64,000 bases of DNA from an uncultured Gammaproteobacteria bacterium (GCA_947260025.1 CAMYON010000001.1:11410-75409), one strand, 5' to 3'; shown: positions 1 to 10,662, counted from the stretch's first letter. Program-made: numbers and translations. Notes: a model not told the origin generated them from the sequence alone.

Positions 1-1019
1 TTACCGAGATTCGAAATCGTATCGTCAATGGTGAAAGTTTCGCGGACCTGGCGCGTGAATTTTCCGAGGACCCGGGCTCAGCCAGCGATGGTGGCAACCT
101 TGGAGAGATCGAGCGCGGCATCATGGTTCAGACATTCGAAGCCGCGCTGTTTGCATTGGAGGTCGACCAACTTAGTGAGCCGGTAAAGACCGGGTTTGGT
201 TGGCACCTGATAAAATTGCATTCCATTAGCGGAGGTGAAACGCAATCCTTCGAATCATTGCAGGCCGATCTCGAGGATGAAATCAGGGCGGAACTGGCGG
301 AAAGCCAGATTTACGATCTGGTCGAAAACCTGGCGAACCTTGCCTACGAGCAACCCGATTCCCTGTTGCCTGCGGCCGAGCAATTCGACCTTAAGCTGCA
401 GACCAGTAACTGGTTTGGCCGTTTCTCCAACGAGGGGATTGCGGCCGAAAGTAAAATCCGTCAAGCGGCTTTCTCTTCCGAGGTTTTGGAACAGGGTCTC
501 AATAGCGAAGCCATCGAACTGGGTAATGAGCGGGTAGTATTTATTCGATTGAACCAGTTTAAACCTGCGGAGCAGAAGCCGCTCGAGCAAGTCAGGGAAG
601 AGGTAATAAATGAGCTGACCGTGATAAAGCTTCGAGATATGGGCCGCAGTATCGGTACCGCCGCGTTGGCCGAACTCGAAGCCGGCAAAACTCTGGATGA
701 TCTGGCGCGGGAATGGTCATCGTCGATCGATGATCGCGGGTTTGTTCAGCGCCAGCAGGCCGAAATTGATACAGCTATTCGCGATCTGGCATTCAAGTTG
801 CCTAAACCGGAGCAGGGGGCCGTCTACGACGGACTTTCGCTATCGACTGGTGAATATGTGGTAGTGGAATTATCGGCGGTTGTTTCAAACGATAGCGATG
901 TCGATCAGGAGGCGCTTGACAGCCTTGCAGAGGCTCTCAGTGCTTCCGAGTACCAGTCTGCCACGAAAATGCTTTCCAGCCGCGCAGACGTGGTCAGAAC
1001 GCCGCTAGACGAGCTCTAG
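1..1019 (+). CDS. ppiD: Periplasmic chaperone / peptidyl-prolyl isomerase PpiD, C-terminal part (5'-truncated by window edge)
   Basis: The frame is open from position 3 and reads TEIRNRIVNGESFADLAREFSEDPGSASDGGNLGEIERG...GFGWHLIKL, a parvulin-like PPIase motif followed by the C-terminal chaperone region. The same frame continues into the listed 123..1019 ORF. It lies next to fabI, as in Pseudomonas (ppiD-fabI). Confidence 0.85.
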   Translation, partial: TEIRNRIVNGESFADLAREFSEDPGSASDGGNLGEIERGIMVQTFEAALFALEVDQLSEPVKTGFGWHLIKLHSISGGETQSFESLQADLEDEIRAELAESQIYDLVENLANLAYEQPDSLLPAAEQFDLKLQTSNWFGRFSNEGIAAESKIRQAAFSSEVLEQGLNSEAIELGNERVVFIRLNQFKPAEQKPLEQVREEVINELTVIKLRDMGRSIGTAALAELEAGKTLDDLAREWSSSIDDRGFVQRQQAEIDTAIRDLAFKLPKPEQGAVYDGLSLSTGEYVVVELSAVVSNDSDVDQEALDSLAEALSASEYQSATKMLSSRADVVRTPLDEL

Positions 1020-1050
1020 GTACAATCCACCGCGGCGAACGTTTCGGCTG

Positions 1051-1848
1051 CTATTCGAGCACGCCCATACTAACGATATTGTAGCCAGAGTCGACGTAGA
1101 TATTCTCGCCGGTTATTCCCGCGGCGAGATCCGAACAAAGAAAAGCTGCCGCATTACCCACTTCCTCTATGGTTACATTCCGTCTTAATGGCGCATTACT
1201 GGAAACTTCATCGAGAATCTTTTTGAAATTTCCGATTCCAGCTGCGGCCAGGGTCTTGATCGGCCCTGCCGAAATCGAATTGACGCGAATGCCTTCCGGT
1301 CCCAGCGCTGCTGACAGGTAGCGCACACTCGCTTCGAGACTGGCTTTGGCGACGCCCATGACATTGTAGTTGGGTAGCGCTCTTTCCGATCCGAGGTAGG
1401 TCATGGTGATAATCGCGCCATTGGTGTTTTGCATCATAGGTCGAGCCGCTTTGGCCATCGCGGTAAGGCTATAGGAACTAATATCGTGTGCGATTCGGAA
1501 GCCCTCGCGGTCGAGGTTTTCCAGGTAGTCGCCCGCCAGGGCCTCGCGCGGAGCGAAGGCTACCGAATGTACCAGGGCATCGAGCCTGTCCCAGCGATTT
1601 CCCAGTTTCGTGAATAGATCGGTGACTTCCTCATCACTGGTGACGTCGCAGGGTAGTACGACATCGGAGTCAAACTCGGCGGCAAATTTTTCTACCCGTG
1701 GCTTTAATTTATCGTTAGCGTAGCTGAAGGCGAGTTCGGCGCCTTCGCGATGCATCGCCTGCGCGATACCGTAAGCGATAGATCGATTGCTGGCGATACC
1801 GACGATTAGTGCTTTTTTACCGGCTAGAAAACCCATGCTTGCTCCCAC
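1051..1848 (-). CDS. fabI: Enoyl-[acyl-carrier-protein] reductase (NADH), FabI
   Basis: 265 aa, beginning [39 protein letters not shown]. It has an SDR fold with the FabI-typical N-terminus and YxxMxxxK-like catalytic region. Confidence 0.9.
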   Translation of the reverse strand: MGASMGFLAGKKALIVGIASNRSIAYGIAQAMHREGAELAFSYANDKLKPRVEKFAAEFDSDVVLPCDVTSDEEVTDLFTKLGNRWDRLDALVHSVAFAPREALAGDYLENLDREGFRIAHDISSYSLTAMAKAARPMMQNTNGAIITMTYLGSERALPNYNVMGVAKASLEASVRYLSAALGPEGIRVNSISAGPIKTLAAAGIGNFKKILDEVSSNAPLRRNVTIEEVGNAAAFLCSDLAAGITGENIYVDSGYNIVSMGVLE

Positions 1849-2014
1849 AAATAAAATCTATTTTCTCAGCCTCCAGCGTCCCATGCAATCATAAAACCTG
1901 TTCCAGCTGTTTTTTGTCCTCGCTGTAATGCGATCGATAAAGCCCGGTCCGGACCGGATTGTTTGCAGGCTTTCGACAGACGCCCGGATAACAGGCATCG
2001 CGCCGAGCCGGTCG

Positions 2015-2416
2015 CTAGGCATCGATAAAAAGCTGCTTCAATGCTTCGGGCAAAAAGGGTCGCCCTGTTTCATTTAGCGACGTACCGGTGATGCGCGCTG
2101 CCAGCATCAGGGTTTCATCTGGCAAGCGGTAGATGTCCTGCTGAAACTCGAAGCGAATCCTTGATACCGGACGCAGCAGGCTGCGGACAATAAACCGATC
2201 ATTGCTGGCCAGTGATTTTTTATAATCAAGCTCTGCCCGCACCACCACCAGATGGATGCCCGCCGAGGTTACCTCGGCAAAATTGATTCCGCGAGATTGC
2301 AGGAACTCGTGGCGTGCGTGTTCCAGGTAGTTCTGATAAACGGCGTTATTGACGACACCCTGCATATCGCATTCGTAGTCGCGCACTTTGAACTCCAGTT
2401 CGTGAGAATATTGCAT
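2015..2416 (-). CDS. Acyl-CoA thioesterase, 4HBT/YbgC-like hot-dog fold
   Basis: 133 aa containing YECDMQGVVNNAVYQNYLEHARHEF, the signature of YbgC/4-hydroxybenzoyl-CoA thioesterase family proteins. Confidence 0.7.
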   Translation of the reverse strand: MQYSHELEFKVRDYECDMQGVVNNAVYQNYLEHARHEFLQSRGINFAEVTSAGIHLVVVRAELDYKKSLASNDRFIVRSLLRPVSRIRFEFQQDIYRLPDETLMLAARITGTSLNETGRPFLPEALKQLFIDA

Positions 2417-2561
2417 GCGAATTCCGCCTCCCGAGACGGATGGTGCCAGATTGATTTACCGAGTCAACCTGAACCCAGATCAAGTTCAGCGCTAAAAACA
2501 GTTGCATTTTTATTAGTTGCTGTCCGTAATTGTAGCGTTAACAACAATGCTGCAGGACACG

Positions 2562-3800
2562 ATGAATCTTTCAGACTTTGGAGAACGCTTCCGCGGATAC
2601 TCAGGCATAACCCACCTGATGGATGATTTGAGTGAAGGATTGGCGCAACCCGAAGTTGTAATGCTGGGAGGCGGCAATCCCGCTGACATTCCCGAGGTCA
2701 AGGCGATACTCGACACGGTGTTGGTGAAGCTGCAGCAGTCGGGCAGGTTGATCGAAACCCTGGCTAACTATGACGGGCCGCAAGGTAAATCCGGCTTCCT
2801 CGAAACGCTCGCCGATTTTTTTCGGCAGCAATACGGCTGGAACATCAGTAGTCGCAATATAGCCCTGACGCACGGCAGCCAGAGTTCGTTTTTTATTCTG
2901 TTCAATTCGTTTGCGGGCAAGACGGGCTCGTTGCAGAAGCGGGTGCTTATACCACTGGTACCCGAGTACATCGGCTATAGCGACGTCGGCATCGAAGATG
3001 GTCTGATCACCAGTCAGGAAGCTAAAATCCAGCACCTTGAAGACGGATTTTTCAAGTACCTGGTAGATTTCGAACAGTTGCAGGTAGACAAAACAACCGG
3101 GCTGATTTGTGTTTCACGCCCGACTAATCCCAGCGGTAATGTCCTTACCGATGCGGAATGTGCGCAGCTCGACAAAATCGCGCGCCGCCACGACGTTCCG
3201 CTGTTGATCGACAGTGCTTATGGCACCCCGTTCCCCGATATCATTTTCAGCGAGGCCAAGCCGTTCTGGAACGACAACTGTATCGTATGCATGAGCTTGT
3301 CGAAGCTGGGAATGCCGGGAGCGCGCACCGGCATCGTAATCGCCAACGAGGAGGTGATTAAGTATTTTTCGAACATGACCGCGATAACCAGCCTGGCACC
3401 GTCAGGGCTGGGTGCAGAGATCCTCGGTCAGTTAATTGCCGATGATGCCTTGCTCGGCCTTTGTGACGAGATAATACGTCCTTTTTACCGGCAGCGGTCG
3501 GAGTTGGCGGTCAGACTGTTGCGGGAAGCGATTGACGATCCGCGGCTGCATATCCACAAACCCGAAGGTTCGATGTTTTTATGGCTATGGTTCGAAAATC
3601 TTTCCATCAGCAGCAGTGAATTATATCAACGACTAAAGCAGCGGGGCTTGCTGATAGTTCCTGGAAAATATTTCTTCCCGGGTCAGGCGCAGGCGACGCA
3701 GCATGCGGAAAGCTGTGTGCGAATGAACTATGTGCAGAGTGAGGACGAGTTGGCAAAGGGTATCGAAATACTGGCGCGTGAGCTGCGCGCTTGCTGGTAG
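2562..3800 (+). CDS. avtA: Valine--pyruvate aminotransferase (alanine-valine transaminase)
   Basis: MNLSDFGERFRGYSGITHLMDDLSEGL...MLGGGNPADIPEV aligns residue-for-residue with the E. coli AvtA N-terminus (MTFSLFGDKFTRHSGITLLMEDL...MLGGGNPAQIPEM). The start was therefore moved to the internal ATG at 2562 rather than the 2517 track start. Confidence 0.8.
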   Translation: MNLSDFGERFRGYSGITHLMDDLSEGLAQPEVVMLGGGNPADIPEVKAILDTVLVKLQQSGRLIETLANYDGPQGKSGFLETLADFFRQQYGWNISSRNIALTHGSQSSFFILFNSFAGKTGSLQKRVLIPLVPEYIGYSDVGIEDGLITSQEAKIQHLEDGFFKYLVDFEQLQVDKTTGLICVSRPTNPSGNVLTDAECAQLDKIARRHDVPLLIDSAYGTPFPDIIFSEAKPFWNDNCIVCMSLSKLGMPGARTGIVIANEEVIKYFSNMTAITSLAPSGLGAEILGQLIADDALLGLCDEIIRPFYRQRSELAVRLLREAIDDPRLHIHKPEGSMFLWLWFENLSISSSELYQRLKQRGLLIVPGKYFFPGQAQATQHAESCVRMNYVQSEDELAKGIEILARELRACW

Positions 3801-3815
3801 TTTCTGAACCCTGGA

Positions 3816-6047
3816 TTACTTGGTGGTGTGGGTGAACACGCCGTCCCAGTTTTCGCCTGGTGGCTCCCTGCGATAAACCGCGATTCGATCGAGGTACACT
3901 TGATAAAGCAGGCGCTCGGGGTGACTGCGGTTAAGGTTAAAGAAATCGGGCTCCGCCTTGTCCCATGACTGGGCGCGGAAATACCTTAATGCCTGCTTGT
4001 AAGCGGTAAGCTCTGAAGTAACCGATTTATCCAGATCATTCTTATGACCAACCGGTTCGAATATTGCTACCGGTTCATTCTTGCCCTTGACCCGCACCAG
4101 GTCGAGTTCCCGAAATACAAACTCGGGAATCGCATCCTTGGTGGTTTCGCTGACGATAATATTAGTCCCGTAGTTTTTGGTCAGGCCCTCGAGCCTCGAG
4201 CCGAGGTTGACCGCGTCACCGAGCACCGTGTAGGCCATGCGAAATTCCGAACCCATGTTACCGACGTTCATGTTACCGGTGTTTATCCCGATGCCGATAT
4301 CGACCTCTGGCCAGCCGTTCCGTTTGAAATCTTCCTGCATTATCTTGAGTTCGTTCATCATTTCCAGCGCCGCGTAAAGCGCATGCCTGGCATGCTCGGA
4401 ATCGACCAATGGCGCGCCCCAGAATGACATGATGGCGTCACCCATGTACTTGTCGATGGTGCCGCGATTCTTATGAATCACCCTGGTCATGGGGGTTAGC
4501 AGCGCGTTCATTAGCTGGGTGAGCTGTTTTGGGTCCATTCCTTCGGAAATGGAGGTAAAGCCACGCACGTCGGAAAACAAAACAGTCATTTCGCGATTTT
4601 CACCCTCGAGCGAGTATTCCTCGGGCGACTCGCTCATCTCGTCGACCAGTTCCGGTGGAATGTAATGGCCAAACAGATGGGCAAGCTGGCGCTTGCCGCG
4701 CGACTCGATAAAGAACCCGTAAGACATGTGCAGGATGAACATCAGCAGGATCAGCAACAGGGGACTGGCTAACGGTAGTATCAGATTGGCATTCCAGGCG
4801 ATAAAGGTGCCCGCCAGCACGACTACTGTCAGGGCGAGCGTTCCCGCGGCTGCGAGTAGCGGAGAAAGCAGGGGCAGCAGTAAGGCCATGGCGATAGCTA
4901 TAATTACCAGCAGCACAAACTCGTAACCGATCGTCCATGCCACCTTGTGTTTAATGCGATCGTCGAGAACGCCGGAAATGATATTAGCGTGAACCTCTAC
5001 TCCGGGATAAATGTTTTGTACCGGTGTCGAGCGCAGGTCGAGTAATCCCGGAGCCGTAGTGCCAACCAGCACGATTTTATCCTTCAGCGCCATGGGGTCG
5101 GTTTTACCGCTAAGTACCTCGTGAGCCGGGATATACGGAAAGCTGCCCTGTTGTCCGCGGTAGGGCACGAACACCGCGCCATTGGCGTCGACCGGGATGT
5201 GATAATCCTTGAGTTTAATCGTTTCGAGTGCGTAATAATCCTTGTCACCGCGCGTGCCCTCGGTTTTAACCTCCAGTTCGACCCCTGCAGAATCGAAGTA
5301 AGCCTGGGTGACGGCTAGCGCCAGCGAGGCAAACAAGTAGCCGTCGTAGGACTGCACCAGGGGTACGCGGCGAAATACGCCATCGGCGTCGACAAAAGGG
5401 TTATCGAAGTAACCGCCTGACCCGGCTGAAGATTGCAGTATCTCGAGGTTACCAGCGTAGCCGACTGCGTTGTTGATGGGCAGGCGTTCGCTCCACTGCA
5501 TGTCCATCCTTGTTAATGCTGGCGGCAGCAGGCCGGTAACCCCGTTTTCGCCTTGCTGCAGTTTCGACTTGAAGTAATACCCGAGAACGACATTTTTACC
5601 GATCAGGCTGTCGGCGAAGATCTCGTCATGCTTGAGGCTGGGGCGAATTTCGTCGAGCGCCTGTTGATACTGTGCATTATTCTTGAGCGAAGTCTGCGCC
5701 AGCTGTTCAAACATTTCCAGACCCGAACTCGTGTCTTTCTCTGCGAAAACAATATCGAAACCCACGACGTCGGCTTGATAGAGATTGAACAGGTTGTCGA
5801 CGATGGTCGCGAGCTTGTCCCGACCCCAGGGCCAGCGGCCAACTTCGGCCAGCGAGTTCTCATCGATATCGACAATGACGATGCGCTCGTCGATAGTATC
5901 GCTACGAGTGAAATTGAGCCTGGCATCGTAGGTCCAGTCCTCGAGTTGCTTGATAAACGGGTATTGGTAAAGCCCCGAGGTATCGATCAGCAACACAAGC
6001 AGGATGAAGGCGCTAAGTACCAGCCTGATTATGCGCTGTAGTTGCAT
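3816..6047 (-). CDS. CHASE2 sensor domain-containing class III adenylate cyclase
   Basis: 743 aa. It has an N-terminal signal/TM segment and a periplasmic CHASE2-like region, then a hydrophobic multi-TM block. The C-terminal cyclase domain carries LFSDVRGFTSISE...GTIDKYMGDAIMSFWGAP. The Lys in DKYMGD is the adenine-specifying position, so it reads as AC-type rather than GC-type. Confidence 0.8.
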   Translation of the reverse strand: MQLQRIIRLVLSAFILLVLLIDTSGLYQYPFIKQLEDWTYDARLNFTRSDTIDERIVIVDIDENSLAEVGRWPWGRDKLATIVDNLFNLYQADVVGFDIVFAEKDTSSGLEMFEQLAQTSLKNNAQYQQALDEIRPSLKHDEIFADSLIGKNVVLGYYFKSKLQQGENGVTGLLPPALTRMDMQWSERLPINNAVGYAGNLEILQSSAGSGGYFDNPFVDADGVFRRVPLVQSYDGYLFASLALAVTQAYFDSAGVELEVKTEGTRGDKDYYALETIKLKDYHIPVDANGAVFVPYRGQQGSFPYIPAHEVLSGKTDPMALKDKIVLVGTTAPGLLDLRSTPVQNIYPGVEVHANIISGVLDDRIKHKVAWTIGYEFVLLVIIAIAMALLLPLLSPLLAAAGTLALTVVVLAGTFIAWNANLILPLASPLLLILLMFILHMSYGFFIESRGKRQLAHLFGHYIPPELVDEMSESPEEYSLEGENREMTVLFSDVRGFTSISEGMDPKQLTQLMNALLTPMTRVIHKNRGTIDKYMGDAIMSFWGAPLVDSEHARHALYAALEMMNELKIMQEDFKRNGWPEVDIGIGINTGNMNVGNMGSEFRMAYTVLGDAVNLGSRLEGLTKNYGTNIIVSETTKDAIPEFVFRELDLVRVKGKNEPVAIFEPVGHKNDLDKSVTSELTAYKQALRYFRAQSWDKAEPDFFNLNRSHPERLLYQVYLDRIAVYRREPPGENWDGVFTHTTK

Positions 6048-6090
6048 TTATGCTCCCGGGTGGAGTTCGGACGAGCAGAATTGAGATTTG

Positions 6091-6813
6091 TTACTTGAGG
6101 TAGAATTCCATCTTTACGCCAGCGACTTCGATGATGTCGTGGCTTTTGAGTTCGTGTGCGTTTGATCCGATTGGTGAGCCGCCAACTTTAGGCACGCTAT
6201 TATTTGGGCCACCATCGACGTGAATCAGAAAAAATCCCTGAGGCCGGCGGGTAATAGCCGCTACCTGCACCCCGGGTTGACCAATCGTGGTCAGTGCCTT
6301 GGTCAGTACCAGTTCCTTACCGGCGTTGGCGCCGCTGAGTAATTGCAGGCAGGCTTCCCTGTTCGCCATCGGTGAAGCGGCGGTCGTGGCTGCCTCGGAA
6401 GCGATAGCGGCAGAAATTTTCTGTACCGACTTGTCAATCTCCTTGCCACCAGCTTCTTCGGGCATTCCAGCTTCGCCCGGGCGTATGATCATGGTTTGCT
6501 CGAAATCCTGCTCACCGCCGCCGGAATTGTTTTGGTAGGTAATCTGATACTTGCCAAGCGTAATATTGTCGCCGTTTTCCAGGGCATGCTTTTTGACCAG
6601 TTTGCCGTTAACGTAGGTGCCATTGGTGCTGCCCAGGTCTTCCAGGAATGAATCTTCAAGAATGGTAATGACCTGCGCATGTCTGCCACTGACAGACAAA
6701 TTATCGATTTGTATGTCATTGCCTGGTTTGCGCCCAATCGTAGTTGTTTCGTTGACCAACTCGTACTCGGTTTTTTCGCCCGTGCTTGATGTAGTGATCA
6801 GTTTTGCGACCAT
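6091..6813 (-). CDS. FHA domain protein (N-terminal canonical FHA, C-terminal degenerate FHA-like domain)
   Basis: The N-terminus has TTIGRKPGNDIQIDNLSVSGRHAQV...GSTNGTYVNGKLV, which carries the G-R, S-x-x-H and N-G FHA motifs. A low-complexity Gly/Ala/Glu linker follows. The C-terminus has a second beta-rich FHA-like domain (TTIGQPG...IEVAGVKMEF) that lacks the SxxH/NG motifs. Confidence 0.75.
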   Translation of the reverse strand: MVAKLITTSSTGEKTEYELVNETTTIGRKPGNDIQIDNLSVSGRHAQVITILEDSFLEDLGSTNGTYVNGKLVKKHALENGDNITLGKYQITYQNNSGGGEQDFEQTMIIRPGEAGMPEEAGGKEIDKSVQKISAAIASEAATTAASPMANREACLQLLSGANAGKELVLTKALTTIGQPGVQVAAITRRPQGFFLIHVDGGPNNSVPKVGGSPIGSNAHELKSHDIIEVAGVKMEFYLK

Positions 6814-6857
6814 GTTATTATCCAGCCTCTAGAGTAGTTTCTACTGGGTGTATTCCG

Positions 6858-7682
6858 TTAATCGAACCAAGCGGCAAACTTTTTAAACCAGCCCTGCTTG
6901 GTCGAAAAATCTTCGTCAATTCGGCACAGCATTACCGAAATATTGTCCTTTCCGCCATTCTGGTTTGCCTTTGTAATCAATTGCTTGGCAGCTTCTTCTA
7001 GATTAGCACTAAATTCCTTAATAGTGTAGTCTATATCTTCATCTTCAACCAGATCGGTTAGTCCGTCTGAACATAGCAGATATATATCATTTTTCAGGAC
7101 TATATCTTCCTGAATGTCTGGCATGACGATTGGATCGATGCCCAGGGCACGCGTAACGAGGTTTTTATTCATCGAGTTACGGGCCTCTTCGGGCGTATAG
7201 AATCCGCGATCAATGAGCTCCTGCAGCAGCGAGTGATCCTTGGTAATTTGCTCAAACTTGTCGTTACGCAGTCGATAGCAGCGTGAATCGCCTATGTGGG
7301 CGAGTGAAAAGGAATTGTTGTAAAACTGCAGCACCACGATGGTCGTCCCCATACCCTTGTGTTCTGCGTTATCTTCGGCTGTCTTGTAGACAAGTTCGTT
7401 AGCGGCGACAACGGCGTCCTGAATGCAAATCGACTCCAGCGAGAAGCCGCTGGCATCGTCTATCTCTCCGGGAGTGATTTCGGGCAGACGCTGTTGCAGC
7501 AGCTCGATGATGGTGTCGACGGTCATGCTGCTGGCTATTTCGCCGCCGCGATGTCCGCCCATGCCATCCGCTAGCACCACGAGACCCAGCGCGCTGTCGT
7601 AACCTATCGCGTCCTCGTTCTTGCTACGAACCATGCCGGTATCGGTCAAGCCTTTTATCGTTATCTTGTTTTGCAAGTTCAT
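6858..7682 (-). CDS. PP2C-family Ser/Thr protein phosphatase
   Basis: 274 aa with GMVRSKNEDAIGYD, LADGMGGHRGGEIAS and a DG..D metal-binding signature typical of bacterial PP2C (Stp1/PppA-like). Confidence 0.85.
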   Translation of the reverse strand: MNLQNKITIKGLTDTGMVRSKNEDAIGYDSALGLVVLADGMGGHRGGEIASSMTVDTIIELLQQRLPEITPGEIDDASGFSLESICIQDAVVAANELVYKTAEDNAEHKGMGTTIVVLQFYNNSFSLAHIGDSRCYRLRNDKFEQITKDHSLLQELIDRGFYTPEEARNSMNKNLVTRALGIDPIVMPDIQEDIVLKNDIYLLCSDGLTDLVEDEDIDYTIKEFSANLEEAAKQLITKANQNGGKDNISVMLCRIDEDFSTKQGWFKKFAAWFD

Positions 7683-7695
7683 ATGACTGCCAAGA

Positions 7696-10416
7696 CTAGC
7701 TCTTTAAAAACGCTTTTAGCGCATTCGCAAATTCAATTCCGGTTTGAAAGCGCTGCTCCACGTCCTTGATCAAAGACTTGTTGATAACCGCCGACAAGGG
7801 CTCCGGTACCTCGGGGCGAATCGTTCTGACATCCGCCGCTTCCTCGTTGGTAATTTTAAACATCAGGCTGGCCATTGAGTCGGCTTTGAACGGCAACGAG
7901 CCCGACAGCATCTGGTACAACATGACACCCAACGAGAACAGGTCGGAACGGCCGTCAACTTTTTTACCGGCCAACTGCTCTGGCGACATGTACGAGGGTG
8001 TGCCCAGTACCGTGCCGGTTTTGGTTTTACTTGAATCGGTGATGCGAGCGATGCCGAAATCGGTGATCTTGACGGTATCGGATTCCGGTTCATACATAAT
8101 GTTTGCCGGCTTGATGTCGCGGTGCACGACGTTTTGTCGATGCGCGTAATCGAGACCCTCGGCGGCACGTGCAACGATACTTAGTACCAGGCGCATTTTC
8201 AACAAGTTATCGGGTTTGCAATATCTCGCGAGATCGTGCCCCTGCAGGAATTCCATCGCAATGTAGGCCAGGTCGTGCTCTTCCCCGGCGTCATAAATGG
8301 TAACGATATTGGGATGATTGAGGCGGCCCGCGGTCTCGGCTTCACGGAAGAACCGCTGCTTGACCTCTTCCAGTTCGTCGGCATCGAATTCCTGGGCCAG
8401 CGCCAGGGTCTTGATCGCAACCACGCGGCTTATTTTTGGGTCCTTGCCGAGATAGACGATACCCATCGCACCCTTGCCGAGTTCTTTTTCAACTTCGTAG
8501 CGACCCAGCATCGGTTTCTCGACACCATCCTGGTCCAGCATCAGGGTGCCGCCGGCGTGAGCGCCGCTGCTACCCAGCATGACGGTATCTTCCAATTTCT
8601 GCGCCCGGTTCATTCTGTTTTCGACGTCACGGAAGCCTTTCTCGTGCTTGGTCATGTACTGGTACACCGAGGTGGCCTTGTTAAACTGGCGCTTGCGTTC
8701 GAAATCGAGCGCCAGGTTATACATGGCCTCCAGCACCTGCTCATCGACCGGGCTGCATTTGCGGAACTTTTCGAATGCCATGTCGAGCTGCCCCTGGGTT
8801 TGAAACGCTATACCCAGCATCCGATTACTCTCGGCTGATTCCTCGTCCGACCTTGCCTTGCCGCGCTCGGTCACCAGGAAGCGCTTGGTCGTGATCAGCA
8901 GGTACCCGATGACCAGCAGGGCTCCAGGCGTCATCACCTGGACCCACATGGTGTTGCTGGTCATCAACAAGTAGTGCGTGACCACCAGCGCCAACACCAG
9001 CATCAGTGAGACGACAAACGCGACTCCAGCCTTGAGACGCGGCATCAACAGCATCAGGTAAAAGGCAACCAGCAGAAAAACGCCCAGGCGAGCCCAGAAA
9101 CCCCACTCCGGTTCGATAAAGAAATCCTCGTTGAGTATGCTCGAAACCGAGTGCGCCAGCGTCAGTACCGGTGCCATCGAAGGATTGATAGGCGTTACCT
9201 GGGGAGTACCGACACCGGTTGCCGTGGGCCCGATCAAGACGATTTTATCCTTGTATTTCTCGATAGGAATCTTGCCGGTAAATACGTCGTAGTAAGAATC
9301 TACCGAGAAGGCGGGAAACCCCTGGTTATCAGAGTAGAAAAAGGTATTCATTTGTAGCTGCGAGTCGGTCTTGATGGCCAACGATCCCAGTTCCACGCTC
9401 TCGCCAAGATTTATCCGTATATCGTTAACGTCGAGGTTAAGACTTCTGGCTGCAATCTGCAGCGATATGGAAGGATAGTAGCGATCGTAATGCAGCATTA
9501 CCAGAGGTTCAGAGCGGACGCCGCCATCAGGATCCGGCAGCTTGTTCAAATGGCCAATTGCCGAGGCAAACTGACCGACGTCGTCGATTGGCGGTAACGC
9601 GGCAACGGTGGAGACGGGGTACAACCCGTTAGCCTGTGCAGATACTCGGTCGCGCACCTGGTTGATTGAATTATTGAGCACGAAACCGGGCAGCTCTGCA
9701 TCCGGATTGCCGCGTGGAATACCCGGGTAAAACAGCATTGCCAGCACAACGTTGCTGGCATTTTCGATACTGGCCGCTAGCTTGGCATCGGTGTTGAGCG
9801 CCTGCTCGGCCTCGAACAGGCTCGATTTCAGGGTTTCGATGTCCTGACTGAGGCGTGTATTCATACTGGATTGCAGGTAAAACTCGAGAATTTCGGTGAC
9901 CGCCTGGTTGTTACCTTCGAACTCCAGCATTGCTCCTAACGCGTCGACATCTGCGGCTATATCGCCAAAACTGGCATTGGAGAAAAACTCGATTAGTTCG
10001 CGGATGTACAGTGCTCCAGGATCTATTTGCGGTTCCAGAAAAAATACGGTCTGACCAATGACCTTGGCACCACCCTCGGACAGGCGGTTGATCAGTTCGG
10101 CATGCAGATCTCGCGGCCAGGGCCAGCGGCCAATATTATCGATACTTGCATCGTCGATAGCGATTACGGCAATTTTTTCGGTAGGTTGACGGTCGGTAGA
10201 TCGGACACCCCAGTCGTAGAAGCTGCGTTCGAGACTCTGGAACGGGGCTGCTCCCGAAAACAGGACCACCACGATGGTAATCATCAGCCCAGCGAACCAG
10301 TCGCTACTCCAAAAACGGGTTCTCATACCGTCTCCATAGTTCAAATTATTATTAGCCGTCCTGCTGTTTATCGTGGTTTCTTGCAGGACTTGCGACTGGA
10401 TAAAACCAGATTCCAA
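7696..10416 (-). CDS. CHASE2 sensor domain-containing Ser/Thr protein kinase
   Basis: 906 aa. It has an N-terminal TM segment and a periplasmic CHASE2-like domain (IAVIAIDDASIDNIGRWPWPRD), then a TM segment and a helical/TPR-like region. The C-terminal Hanks kinase domain carries GKGAMGIVYLGKD...AIK...HRDIKPANIM...DFG. The true start may be the internal Met (MRTRFWSSDWFAG) about 30 codons downstream. Confidence 0.85.
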   Translation of the reverse strand: MESGFIQSQVLQETTINSRTANNNLNYGDGMRTRFWSSDWFAGLMITIVVVLFSGAAPFQSLERSFYDWGVRSTDRQPTEKIAVIAIDDASIDNIGRWPWPRDLHAELINRLSEGGAKVIGQTVFFLEPQIDPGALYIRELIEFFSNASFGDIAADVDALGAMLEFEGNNQAVTEILEFYLQSSMNTRLSQDIETLKSSLFEAEQALNTDAKLAASIENASNVVLAMLFYPGIPRGNPDAELPGFVLNNSINQVRDRVSAQANGLYPVSTVAALPPIDDVGQFASAIGHLNKLPDPDGGVRSEPLVMLHYDRYYPSISLQIAARSLNLDVNDIRINLGESVELGSLAIKTDSQLQMNTFFYSDNQGFPAFSVDSYYDVFTGKIPIEKYKDKIVLIGPTATGVGTPQVTPINPSMAPVLTLAHSVSSILNEDFFIEPEWGFWARLGVFLLVAFYLMLLMPRLKAGVAFVVSLMLVLALVVTHYLLMTSNTMWVQVMTPGALLVIGYLLITTKRFLVTERGKARSDEESAESNRMLGIAFQTQGQLDMAFEKFRKCSPVDEQVLEAMYNLALDFERKRQFNKATSVYQYMTKHEKGFRDVENRMNRAQKLEDTVMLGSSGAHAGGTLMLDQDGVEKPMLGRYEVEKELGKGAMGIVYLGKDPKISRVVAIKTLALAQEFDADELEEVKQRFFREAETAGRLNHPNIVTIYDAGEEHDLAYIAMEFLQGHDLARYCKPDNLLKMRLVLSIVARAAEGLDYAHRQNVVHRDIKPANIMYEPESDTVKITDFGIARITDSSKTKTGTVLGTPSYMSPEQLAGKKVDGRSDLFSLGVMLYQMLSGSLPFKADSMASLMFKITNEEAADVRTIRPEVPEPLSAVINKSLIKDVEQRFQTGIEFANALKAFLKS

Positions 10417-10662
10417 ATCGTATATTATTCAATAGTTTATACGATCACCATGAACTGGTTAACAGCTAGAAGTCTACGCGCCCACCAATTAAATCGCGAT
10501 GGCCTTAGACTATAAGGTTGTATGCCCTTTTTTACCAGAGCTAAGCCCTAAAAAGTTGATTAAGATTTCCAATTTGAAATGCTCGTTAATTGACCTGGAC
10601 TTGATTCGATCTGCGTCTGATTATCCCGTTTCCCCTTTGCAGGTCGGGTATCGACAAATGTC

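Noticed and set aside
6858-10416. FHA/PP2C/STK triad as a type VI secretion post-translational regulator (Fha1-PppA-PpkA-like)
   Set aside because: There are no T6SS structural genes in the window. The kinase has an N-terminal CHASE2 sensor rather than the PpkA topology (N-terminal kinase with periplasmic vWA), and the FHA protein is a dual-FHA type. I therefore treat it as part of the CHASE2 island rather than a T6SS module.
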